This document shows positions 52,134 to 64,000 of a stretch of DNA of 64,000 nt, piece by piece. The translations under genes were made by a program, and so were the position numbers. The notes under the pieces were generated by a model. The model searched no databases. It was not told the DNA's origin and worked only from the letters and a program-made list of their open reading frames with translations. Numbering within the stretch: the first letter of the stretch is position 1; each line of letters begins with the position of its first letter. Source of the stretch: Owenia fusiformis. Taxonomy: Eukaryota. The DNA is taken from positions 44,206,001 through 44,270,000 of the forward strand of contig CAIIXF020000001.1 of the NCBI GenBank assembly GCA_903813345.2, read 5' to 3'.

Positions 52134-55100
52134 TCAAGTTTGATTTTGGCGATATTGTCGAAGTCCAGTGAGAAATACATGCTTTGTTTCTTCCATCATA
52201 TCATGGTACAGTTTGAGATCCTCTTCTTTTGCACGTAGAGTACTTTGCAATGCTTCCTTCAATGCATCATTTTCATCTTTCTGGATATCTAGGCTAAAAG
52301 CACACAAAGTTAGTTTTGATTATTTTTGGGTGATCAAAAGAAAACTTTCAATCACACATTTAACGACAGCAAAACTTCTAATCAGAACACCTGGCTAATC
52401 CGAACACCTCCCAATCTCAACACTTTTTCAGTCCCATTGTTTCTCCCATTGACTCCCATGTTAGAGAAACCTTGGAATGTGAACACCTCCCAATTTGAAC
52501 AGTGAATAGTCACATTTGAAAAATCCACCTAGTCTTATATGAAGACTTTCCATAAAATATCATGTTTCATTCAAAATTGCTCAAATATTTCCCATTAATC
52601 CCTGTTTTATTATGATAATCAAACATTTGGAAAAAAACATTTAATGATCTCATTCATAATGTGTCTTTCTAATATGACTAATAAATTTATTTGAATCAGA
52701 TTTTCTAATTTTTCTAAATGAAAAAACCTCAAAATGTGAGCACCTCCTAATCCATATTAGACAGTTTTTCCTGAATCTTCAAATAGAACAATCATTTTCT
52801 TGGTTTCTAATCAGATCTTGGCACTTGCTCTTTAAACAGATGAACAATTTTCTTGTTATCTTGAAAACAACATTTCTTCTGCCACCTTCCTACATGAGTG
52901 CCATAATAGCATATTTTCCATATATTGTTAACAGGGGGAGGGGGGATGTCTTGGTCCTAACTGATAATATATAGCTCTTTGTGCTATATCGATCTTTTGA
53001 TGTGCTCCCTAAGTGCAATAAAAGCATTTTCACCAACCTGACTTGCAACTCTTCAAGTTGGGTATCGTTAGAAGGTAAGTCAGGATCATCCATCAACGAT
53101 TCACGGAGACTCGTTGCAGACTTGTTCTTCCCTTTTTTACCTCCTAGAACACATAGTTTTTGACTGTAGAGTAATAGCTTATACAGGGTGTCTCAGACAA
53201 TTTGAAACATTCTGTATAATTATAGAATTTGCAGGGTGTCTCAGACAATTTCAAACATGTTGTAAAGTTAGTAGCTGTATACAGCAGTTTAAATTCATTC
53301 ACTATATCTCAGATAAAATCCACCAGTGAATTTTGTCCTCAGTCATGGTTGAATTACACTAAACTCTGGAAGGTAATCAAATTTGTTTGAGGTTACTCCC
53401 ATGATAAATGTTTAAAAATAATTTTAACTATATCGATTTCTAGTTGCTTTCTACAGTTTCTACATTCACCATAATTGCCATTGGTCAATATGACTGAACT
53501 GAGTATGGGTACCTGATTTTGCTTGTTTTTCCTGTTCTAATTTAGATTTCCCAAGTAATTTTTCTAATTGTACATTCCGCCTCCTCTGTTCAACAAGGTC
53601 AGACTGAGAGGAACTGTATTTCTCTGTAGCCTCATCCACCCTGAACAACAAAATATAAATAATATAGAATTCAATTAATCTTATTTTACAAACAGCATTT
53701 ACATAATATAACTAGATTAAATGCAATTATTAAAAATAATTAATAGAAAAGTGTTTCTGTTGAGTTGATACAGAGAGATACCTTCTTTGAGCAACAGACT
53801 CTGATTAGCGCATTGAGGTCAAGGCAGAGTAAGAATTTGATATCAATGTGTGCAAGTTCTCCAAAATAATTCATAGAAAAATATATAACTTATTATATTA
53901 TATATGCAGTGTGGGACTTTTTCAAAAATTGACACTGATAAGGAATGATACGAGCCCAAAATATTCTAAACTTGAAACAATTTTAGTAGAACATTAGTGG
54001 AAATGGTATCTATGGCAATGAAGGTTGAGTGTAAGAAGATAAACGTATTCTCAATTCAAAATCATACATTACAAGTACATGTTAAAACATACAACAAACA
54101 AATCATGGAATAAGGTTTGACTAGATTAATATGTTTTACATCCTTGACAATAAATTCTAGCCTGATATTGAAGAGCTGGTGTGAGTAATATAACATTGGT
54201 TAAAATACATTGATGAAATATTAAGGGCAGGTTTAGTAATGAATACGGCAATGTTGTTCGGTTTCAAATTGGCTCAGTATAGTGAATATGGTATGTTAGT
54301 ATACTTTAAGGAAAAGAGAGCTTGAGCGACTTCCAATTATCATTTGGCATAAGCGTGTCTAATTTTGGCATACACATGTCGCATTCTGGCATAATCGTTC
54401 ATATCATAAGGAAAAGTAAGTTTGCTTCCACACAAGGTACTTGTTCCTTGTCTTGAATGTAATTGTACCCATGTAACTAAGAGTGTTTCTTAAGAAGTAT
54501 GATGGGATATGTCGGGCTCGTTCCAGACATTATGTAAACATTCTTCTCATAGAATCTCTTCCACATTGCATTCCAAAGGAGGTTGATTTATGCAATGTAA
54601 TTCTTAGCAGTGTGTGTGTAATCTATTTTGGGAGACCTTCTACAGAAGTGGGAAAGTACCTCTTGTGGAACTCGGCTGTAAATGGTGAGGCAAAACGTCT
54701 TGAGAAACAGAATATATTACCTTAAAGGCAAAGCGCAGTTTGAAAGTCAATATCAGTGTAGTAGACTAAATGTCTGGGTATAAAATGTGTACAAATGAGA
54801 CAGGGGCCACATGAAGTACTGTGGGTTTTTAAGAAAGATAAGAGCAGGGATAAGAGCAGGCTAGAAAGCCAGATGAGGGCTAGATAGAAAAGTAAAATGG
54901 GTTTGGAAAGTGGAGGAATGTTCAAGATCAGAAGAGATGAAATTATGTAGTACTTTGTACAATTGGAAATTAGAAAATAAAGTGAAGATGAAAATTATAT
55001 AAAGTCTCGGCCTTCATGTTTAGGAACTTTAGATCCGTTTACCAATAAGGGACACCAATGACATTGATCATAAAAGACTTTAAGTAATAATGGACATTGG

Positions 55101-58100
55101 TCAAGAAGAACATTGGTGGTCATTTTAAATAAACTGACACTAGACAAAGGTTTTCAAAAAGGAGAATGTAGTTAATGTAATTGCAGTTCACGCTACTCTC
55201 ATTTTGCATTCGTCAAGCAACTGTGTTACCCATCTCCATTCTCTTTCTAACTGAGTACAAATATTTAATTTAGTGAAGGGCAGAAAAATTGATGCCAGGC
55301 CAAGTTTATACCTTTTCTGTTGAATTTGAAGCAGTTCTCTTAATTTGTCTCTCTCCACTTGGGTGGCTTGGAAGAGAGAATTCACCTCCGCATATTGGAG
55401 CCGTAGATTTTCTAACTCTTCCAAAGTTTTCCTATCACCAGCACTCCTGAATATAACAGATATACAGCTTAAAGGTAAGGCTGAGTGTGGAATTATCAAA
55501 AGTTACATACAAGTAGGTCCACATTAAATACCACTTGATGATTCATTGTGGAGTGTTCTGTTGGACATCAAATATCAATACTACACACCAGTTAAAATAT
55601 TTACTTATTCAATTGCACGTAACAGATAAATCATAAATATTTACTCCTTTATCCCTTTTATTATTACACCAATGTGGAGATCCTGTTTTGCTTGACACCA
55701 AAAAATATCAGAAATATACTGTACATACCAGTATTTAACCAAGGGCCAAAACAATTAAAGCCAACTGGGAAAAAGGAATCAACTTAAATGATCGTACCCT
55801 GTACTGGCAGGCCTGGTAGGCCCTGTGGGCTGCTTCCTGCCTGAGCCTGGTCTTTCTAGGTCACTGGAACTCTGTCTAGAAGAGCTTCTCTGACTCAATC
55901 TAATGAAAATGCATAAGAAAATTTATTATATGTATAGATTAAACATCACAACCTTTTAAAATATTGTTTGGTTTAATGAATACTGCACTTTTATGTAGGA
56001 TTCACCATGATGATATCATCATATTTAGCAGTTATTTAGCAGTTTTATTTAGCAATATCACATTTAGCAGAAATTCCAAAATACAATGTACTTTAAATTG
56101 GAAATGATCTGTCAAGAATGCAATATGAATTGCCATAACTCCAGTTGAAATCGCCACTTCTGATTGGTTAAGGAGTGCTCAATTATTTTAACTATTGACC
56201 GCGTAATGCATAGCCAGTTAATAGTGTTTGACAATGATGTCACACAATGATGCCAAAAAATGTATCTCGGGAAAGGTTGGTTGATGGAGTAAGATGAACT
56301 ATATGGGTCTCCGTGGGTATGTTAATTAATTGTATATAGTAGCCTACTCACCTGGATTGTGAAAGGGGAGGTGTCGGTGAATAAGGTGCCATCCCATCAT
56401 CCATTTCAACTGGGAGATTCTGGGAACTTGGAGGCCGTCCTCTTGAGCTGTATGGAGGCTTATCAAATAGTGAATTTACACCATTTATCTGAGCTTGCTG
56501 TAATACCATAATGAGCATGCTTAAATGTACTTGGTAATTGTAATGTACTAGATGAACGGTATGGAATACTCTCAATTGTATTTTACACAGAAAATAAAAA
56601 TATGTCAAAAGCATAATACATGTGACTACAGTAGTCCAACAAGGAGTTGAACAAGGAGTTGGAACTGCATAAAGAACAGAAGATTTATGTAGCCAACTGT
56701 GTACTGCTTGCCATAAAATATAAAACACAAAATGACACCACATAGAACTTACAATCATTAGTTGCATTCAACACATGTTCACACAACGAGTCAACAAGTA
56801 AACAGATCATGATCCAAACCGAATCAAGAGGTAATAAGTAAACCCACCCAACTGACTCTCAAACCTTATCGCTGAAAACCCTAATTAATCAACTTACGTG
56901 GAGCTGCATTTTTTTCATCTCCTGTTCCAACTGGTCAACCTTTTCCTCCTTGGCTGCTATAATAGCCTTGAGTTTATCCACCACATTGTTGTCCTGCTGT
57001 GTGCGCATTGACAATTCCCTCATCTTAGCTTCTTGCTGGTTCTGAGCACTTTGTTGTAGCTTGGTAGACTGGTCCAGTAAGTTCTGGAGATGGGACTGCT
57101 GGTTCTGAAATGAATTCTTGAATGAGTTCCTCAAAGATAGCCCCACAACTCTCATATTAGTACAGGTGATTTCAAAGTTTGATGCTGATATTTGAAATGT
57201 ATTTCTATATGCATAATGTATTTCTATTATAAATGTATTGACCTTTTTGTGGACATATATTGCAGAAATTATAGTATCTTGATCACAGATCTGATTGGAT
57301 ATCAGCTAGATCGATTTGAAATGATTGAGGGGGAGCAGTAGCTGCTGCTGCATACAAGTGCTTACCATTAGAGCCTGAATAAGTTCATCATCATGCTTCC
57401 CCTTGTCAATACATGTCTGCATCTTAGACTTCATAGACTTATTGTCATTTGATAGCACTTTGTTCCTGAAATAGCATAAAACAAATTTCAGTCTTTAAAA
57501 TGGTATATAAGTGTTCAATTCTTAGTATATCAATGTGGTAATTGAAACCTTTTGTTACATTGGCTTGTTACATTGAAATCAATGAAAAAAAATCTCCATA
57601 TCATTACTCTTTGTGAAGGCCACATCAATCATCTAGGGCCAAAGTTTCAATGCCAAAATAAAAGGTCCAGTTTGATTCCAGAGATCCATTGAAATTTCAT
57701 CATTTAAATGATTAACATAAATATTCATGATCGATTCATGATAAAGCCTCATAGTCAATGACTTGTTCTTATACTGGATGAAGTAATTTATTGCAGGAAT
57801 GTGTCAAGATTTTCCCATTGGTATAATTTCAATATAACACCTGCATTAATTCGGTAAACAAGTATCTTCTAACCTTGCTTTTAAAGCATCAAACTTTTGT
57901 TTAAGAGCTGCATGATCTCCTTCTAATGCCTTCAGCTCTGCGACTGCCATTTCTGCTGACTCCTTTCTGTCTTTTTCCATTTTTCGTATGGTATCACGTT
58001 GTTTATCCGAGATACGCATACTACGAGTAGATACTGCTGACCCCATGAACTCTGCCTCAAGGTCATCTGTCATTTGAGTCGCAGGTCTTGGTGATCTATT

Positions 58101-61100
58101 TGTTTGCCCAAGAGCTAGTTTTAATTCAGCTACCTGTAAAATAACATTTTCATCTAAATGTTTTTATTCAGTAAGATAGAATATTGATGTGTCCAAAAGG
58201 GATGAGACTGAAGGTGAATGTTCACTCAAGTCTAAATAATTTTTGCTTCAATATATAACAATGACTTCAGCAGCATGAATGATATGTTCCACAGCCTTGT
58301 GGGTTTGCATTGTGATGTTGCTTTCTGTTGGGAAGGGTTTAATACATTGTTTCTTGCATTAATAGTTTGTGCTAATGGAGGATTACTTTCGTTATGATTG
58401 GCCATGCTCTAAAGCTTATTTTTCTTGCTGTGTTTTGTAGTTCTCTTAGGCCTTTTCTCTTTGACTTAAATATTTGAACATCATTCTGCCATGTTGCTGA
58501 ATACTAACCTGTTTTTTAAGAATTGATATTTGTTGTGAACGTCCTTTAAAATCACTTGGCTCTTTTAGCAAGGCCTGAATATTGACATTGTCCCCTAACT
58601 CACTAGTCAAAACCTAGAAACACAAATGCTCATTTTAAAACTCAATACTTGAACAAAATTTGATATTGTAGTTTTACTATATAGCTTTTTGCGGTACCAA
58701 ATAGAAATTTACCAGAACAACTTTAGGACAACATGTTTCATTTCTATCAAAGACTAAAATTTATACTGGTATGACGTACATCATTATATAAAGTAACATA
58801 AGTAACGTAAAGATCAAGTAACCATGGGAATAAAACTATTTAATACACCACTTGAGTGAGATATGTCTCTTAATGAGGTGTTGCCTGCAAAAGCAGAATT
58901 CAGGCAAATTTTACATCATAGTCAGATAACATCTAAGTAAATGCAAAGGAAGTGAAAATCAACTTACTTTTTGCGCAATCGTGAGATCTTTTTTAAATAA
59001 CTGACATTGATTACGGAAGTCTGTACATCTGGATTCACTCTGTTTGAGCCTTTCTTGTAATGATTTCACATCATTTTGTAACTGTACCTGAAAGTAAACT
59101 TAAAATATAAACATCTGTATGATATTTATATTTGTGCTGGTTGACCAGCCAGCAGAAATTTGTATGAAAAGTTGAGAAATCTCAGTAATAAGTGGTTCAT
59201 CCCATAACACTCAAGTTTCAGAACAGTTACAGTAAGTTATCTTAATAATACTATCAAGCTTAATGTACATGTGTTGCTTCTTCAATGGGTCTGTGCCTCT
59301 GGACACTTGGGATATATTGTGTTATATTTTTCATAAACTTAATTAATACCGAAAAAATACAAAACAAGGCATTAACATGAAAATGTCACCACCTGCCATT
59401 TGTTACAGATACCAACCGCATCACAAGGTGGAATTCACTGTGACATTTCATGTACATTGTGCACTGTATGCAGTTTACCACTAGTTTTCACATATATAAT
59501 TGAAGAGAAAGAACAATTGTAGAGAGTACAGTACAATAACAGTGGCAAAATGAGCCAAATGAAAAAGGAAGAAAAAAATACAATATGCTATGGATATATA
59601 AAAAATGTACCCTTTCTGCTAGATCAGGAGGGAGATCATCAATAGAGGAATGACTAGATTTATTTTTCTTCTCTGCAACTAACTGGTTTTCTAAATCGTG
59701 ACATTTTTTGTTGTATTGTCTAGCTTTTGTGCGCTCACTTTCAGCCTCTGCTGTCAACTCTCGCACCTTCTTAGATAGATCAACTATTTTTGTAGCTGCC
59801 GATTCCTTTGCCACACCTCCCCCTGAAATTAATAATATTTTATACATGTATATATATTTGAATTTTGCCAGCATCTTTAATGATATTGATTTTCAAGATA
59901 CTAATTAAAAGCATTGGTCACTTCTAATCTCAAATCCCGGATTAATTTGAATGTATGACACCTATATGCATCTGTTGAGAAAAGTTTCAGGATTAGATAC
60001 ATGTTCAACATTACCAGAGAGAGCTAGTTTGTGGTCCTCTTGTTTCTTCTTCAGCTTTCTTATTTCAAAATCCCTCTCAGTTAACAATTTATACAGCCTT
60101 CCAGACTCATCTTTTAGCTCCTGCAACAATTTGTTTATGTGCATCAACAAATTCTTTTATATGACATTTTTAAAGTCTAAGATAAAGCATAATAGCAATT
60201 TAAAGAAGGTATCAAACAAGGCATCAACATCACAAAATGTTACCATTCAGGAAGTTATTGCTTGGTCTTACATGTTTCAGAAAGATAATTGCAAAAAGTG
60301 TTACAATTTCATACAGCTGCCAAACACTGACAGTCAAAAGACAAAACAAAGATAGCATACAATAAAATAAACATTCTGGGATGTAATTTTAGAGAATGAT
60401 GACAACTGTATCATTAAAAAAATTACAATTCTCATATGAGATGAACTCACCCGTATTTGTTCATTCAAATGTGTTACAAGTTCTTCAGAATAGATACCAT
60501 CTGTTGTAGGTGGAGGTTCAGAAAGCTGTAAAACACAATGGAAATGCAGCCAGTGGGTCTCATAATACACATTCTACATGATATATACACAGTACCATGA
60601 GAGTGCAATCTGGATGCTCCAACAGTTCTGGCTACTACTGACATGTCACCTCTGCTTTTGTGGATTAAACATTAAATTGAAGCAGATATTACAAAAAGTT
60701 AGGGTTTGTCAAGCTCCACCAGCATTTGTAAGATGCCAGATAGGACTATATAATAATTGAGATCGAGGAATGTTCATGATTTTTGACAAAATCTATGCAG
60801 TAGGTAAGAACTATTAGTACTGGAATACTCAATTCTGATTGGCCGAAAGGTGATCTGAGGAAATGGGATGTTGTATAAGGAGTAAAGTCATAAAATATGA
60901 AGCATTCTCGAGCTCAGCCAGTGGCAAACAGCACAATACTATAATATTTACCTTCAAACCTAAATTGTCATCTATACCAAATGAACTTGATAGATTAGTT
61001 TCATCTTTTTTCTCAGGAGAATCATCTTTCTTTTCTTTTTGTTCTTTCCTTTGTTTCATTCGACTCAACTTTTTCTGCTGTTGCTCTTGCAGTAAAGCAA

Positions 61101-61131
61101 ACTGCTGTTTTAATGCCTCACTGTCACCCAT
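52134..61131 (-). CDS. CCDC13: Coiled-coil domain-containing protein 13 (centriolar satellite/cilia), 15 coding exons, ~713 aa
   Basis: Exons 61131-60952, 60525-60451, 60120-60015, 59822-59611, 59087-58968, 58613-58509, 58133-57874, 57465-57366, 57104-56898, 56497-56352, 55899-55798, 55446-55312, 53640-53513, 53143-53038, 52293-52134 (2142 nt, phases consistent). CCDC13-like motifs AATKIVDLSKK, FKGRSQQISILK, KGKHDDELIQAL, KEEDLKLYHDMMEETKHVFL. Confidence 0.9.
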
Positions 61132-62050
61132 AGTTGCTACAAATATACATCGACATTGTAAACTGTACAGCACATACACAGTGCATGTGTGGTGTTATAA
61201 AGACTAGTACAGAAAAAAACATGAGAGTGAGTATCCTTGCCCGTAGCCAGGACTTACCAAGGGCAGAGCTTTTGCCATGCGAAAAGTGCTCTGAATGGTA
61301 AAAATGCACGATTCTGAAAGAATTTCTGTCCAGGGGAGAGTTTCCGCTCCCCCAGCTCCCCCTGGCGACGGGCCTGGTATCTGTACTCAATTCTCATCCC
61401 AGATAAAAGGAGAGTGGAACAAAAAGTTGTTGTTTTATTTCACTAGTCTATTTACATTTTTCCTCAACAGGGCACAAAATTCTACATGAATCTTGAATCT
61501 GTTGCAGACCTATGCAAACAATCAAAACTGACCTAGGATAATTGTACACTGAAATAATTTGGCAATTGTAAACTGGGAAACTCTTTGGGACCATCACATA
61601 TATTCAGAGCTATAAATAGCCCCTTGGTCATCTATCTGATCATTGGCTTTCAAGAGATTGTTGGGATGATGATTACCAAAGAATGAAATTGAGGTGACTG
61701 CACTAAAACTGATGTGGTCATGGGAAATACAACTTTATAATAAATCTTTTAAGACTAATATGAAAGACACTAAAGAAAACTGAAAAATTAGAACTAGATG
61801 AGTTGTATAAAATCATGGGCTATCATGGATTATCTTGTTACTTTTGAAATTGTCACAAACACCAAAACAGAGCACAGAGATTGGGATGATTTCTAGGCTA
61901 GGGCTACACTATATACTTTCTGTTCCGTAGCACAGATGCTCTCTGGGAAGTAAGATTGGGGGTATAGCTGCTGAGTCTCGTATCTGACGTCTTTTATCTT
62001 TATGATTTAAATTTTTTACAAAGACCCCCACGAAGTGCGGTTCTTTGTAC

Positions 62051-62242
62051 CTTATTCCTGACATGAATCAGTAGATCGGTCACGTGACCTAAAGACCGCC
62101 TTTATTACCTTATATGGCAAATTGTCAAGGGAACTACTAAGTCATCATATGACGCGATTACGGATCGATTGTGTTTCCAAGTAATGTCGTCATGTGACGT
62201 AGAACGCATTGTCCGCCATTGCTCTCAATTTTGTCTGAACGG
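62051..62242. promoter_or_regulatory. Candidate bidirectional promoter with divergent first exons (CCDC13 non-coding exon on -, unidentified gene on +)
   Basis: Minus-strand donor AAG|GTAC at 62051/62050 and plus-strand donor GG|GTAAGC after 62242. Between them lie a locally CpG-richer stretch, the palindrome GGTCACGTGACC (62078-62089), GTCATGTGAC (~62189) and CCGCCATT (YY1-like). The CCDC13 ATG exon has an acceptor 5 nt upstream of its ATG. Confidence 0.5.
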
Positions 62243-64000
62243 GTAAGCGTATTTTAACATTTCTGTCATTTTAAAGCCTGATGTTCAGTATTTATAATCG
62301 AATTTCACTTCAACTTGATTGTAGAAATGAATAGAATTGTAACTTCTTATTTTACTGAATCATTATTCGAGCCAGAAGTGGCTTAAATTAGAATCAATTT
62401 ATGAACTTGAAGAAATTTAGTCAAATGGTTAGTATGATGCTATGCTGGTCGCAAGGAGAGGTATCAAAAGTTCAATGTCTGATAGGAAACTAAATTAATC
62501 TAGTTTTGAGTTTGACCCCCTCCCCCAAAAAACGTGATCTTCGCGGACTTTTCGCGTGTGGACTTTCGTGGATTTTCGATTTTCATTGGAATATTAGGCT
62601 TACCATAACGTATGTAGGCTACAATGTAGAATTCCTAAAACATGTGACAACAACAGTAGGCACAGCATTTGCAGAAGACATCAAGTAAACTCTTTATTTT
62701 AAAACCATTCAAAGGAATTCTGATCCGAGTCAAAATTGCACAAAAATTGAAATGTTAAAATTTGTCTGATAGCAAACTGAAATGGCTTTGACCCCCCCCC
62801 CCCCCCTTCTAGATTTATTTAGTTTTATAGGCTTATCCGTCGACATTGAACCTTAGATGCCTCCCGCGAGACATGACGAGACTGGCTACTAACCATCTAC
62901 ATAAGAACGATAGTTTTTTAAACTGGAAGGTCAAGGTCGAAACTCAAATGAATATAGACTGCCCCAATTCATTTCTTTTTCAGAACAAGAACGCCAACAA
63001 CAACAAGATCCTATGCATATGACCACGCACACCAACAACAAGTGCAACAACAAATACGGCAAACAATTATAAATGTTATGTCAACAAAGACATATATTAC
63101 AAATCAGGTGTGAAATCGGCAAAACTTGGGCTCAGTAGACAATAAAAAAGTTTACTGTAGTAATAAGAGTGTTTCGACCCTTCTGAGCCGCGGTTTATGT
63201 TGCAAGAAGTACTAATACAATTATATTGTATTTAAAAAACTATTAGAATGAACTGTGTGAATACATGAAATATCTTCATTCAAAGGTATAAATGTTGTAC
63301 AAAGACAGGCAGGAAATGTATTGACTAAGGCCACACATATAAAAGATATGCTTTTATCTCATATTTCCAGGGCACGGTAATAATAACAAAGGTCAAGAAG
63401 GATGATGTACATTAGAACTTTCCACAGATTCCAAATGATGTCACGACAAGATCCAATGAGTTTCAATCAGGGTCCATATGTCATTCACTAGGGATTTAAT
63501 TGGACTTTTTGAGATTTGTTGTATATTTTTGGGCTATAAGACGCCACAATATACTGAAATACGTGCTTAAGTTACATGATAGTTTTATGTCACCGTGTAG
63601 AGATGGTGACATAATGAAGTTTGTTAGAGTTTATTCGTATATTTAAACTTTTTCTTGGTAATGCAATACTGCATCAAAACACAAAAAAACAGATATAGAA
63701 ATTGTGTTCAAAGTTTGAAAATCTGATTTAAAACCCCTTGCAAAATGTAACATAACGTAAAAGAGCACGAAGCGCTATCTATATTGTTCTTGGTAAAAAA
63801 AGTCATTTACAAAAATTATAAATAACAATAGAGTTCCTTAGAGCCCATGTTGTAAGTAACCCTACCCCATCCAGAACAGTATACCAGTAGCTTAGTAGTT
63901 TAAGTGGCGCTACATGCTTCTGTGACAATATAACCATTTACTTAATAGATTCCACTAAAAGCAACATTTCACTATCACTCCATCTTTTTCGCCCCTTATA

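Noticed and set aside
54180..54960. Coding-looking stretch in a CCDC13 intron
   Set aside because: Multiple stops and no recognisable motif; probably a decayed retroelement that I cannot classify.

Overview
AT-rich, intron-rich animal genomic DNA; the repeat families and the ADP/ATP-carrier type suggest a lophotrochozoan invertebrate, which is an inference. I assembled four complete spliced genes by hand, with GT-AG junctions and consistent phases: (1) a PDIA5-like protein disulfide isomerase (- strand, 19 coding exons, 39802-7225, about 771 aa, five CxxC domains, C-terminal KEEL); (2) a mitochondrial ADP/ATP carrier of the plant/fungal sequence type (+ strand, 41129-43543), head-to-head with PDIA5; (3) SEM1/DSS1 (- strand, 50281-44009), which the ORF track misses entirely; (4) CCDC13 (- strand, 61131-52134). 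A probable first exon of a fifth, divergent gene lies near 62.2 kb. Introns and flanks are dense in mobile DNA: a young 5'-truncated Tx1/L1 LINE with an 18-bp TSD, a CR1/L2-type LINE, a Helentron-associated satellite-bearing element, mariner-, pogo-, Kolobok-, hAT- and Sola-like non-autonomous elements, a TSD-less Spy-like insertion whose empty site is visible next to it, an 8.5-kb nested TIR element, a T-shaped triple-foldback element, 24-37-bp hairpin insertions with TSDs, and a 25-bp minisatellite. No CRISPR array or prokaryotic system is present. All coordinates were counted by hand and may be off by a few bases.
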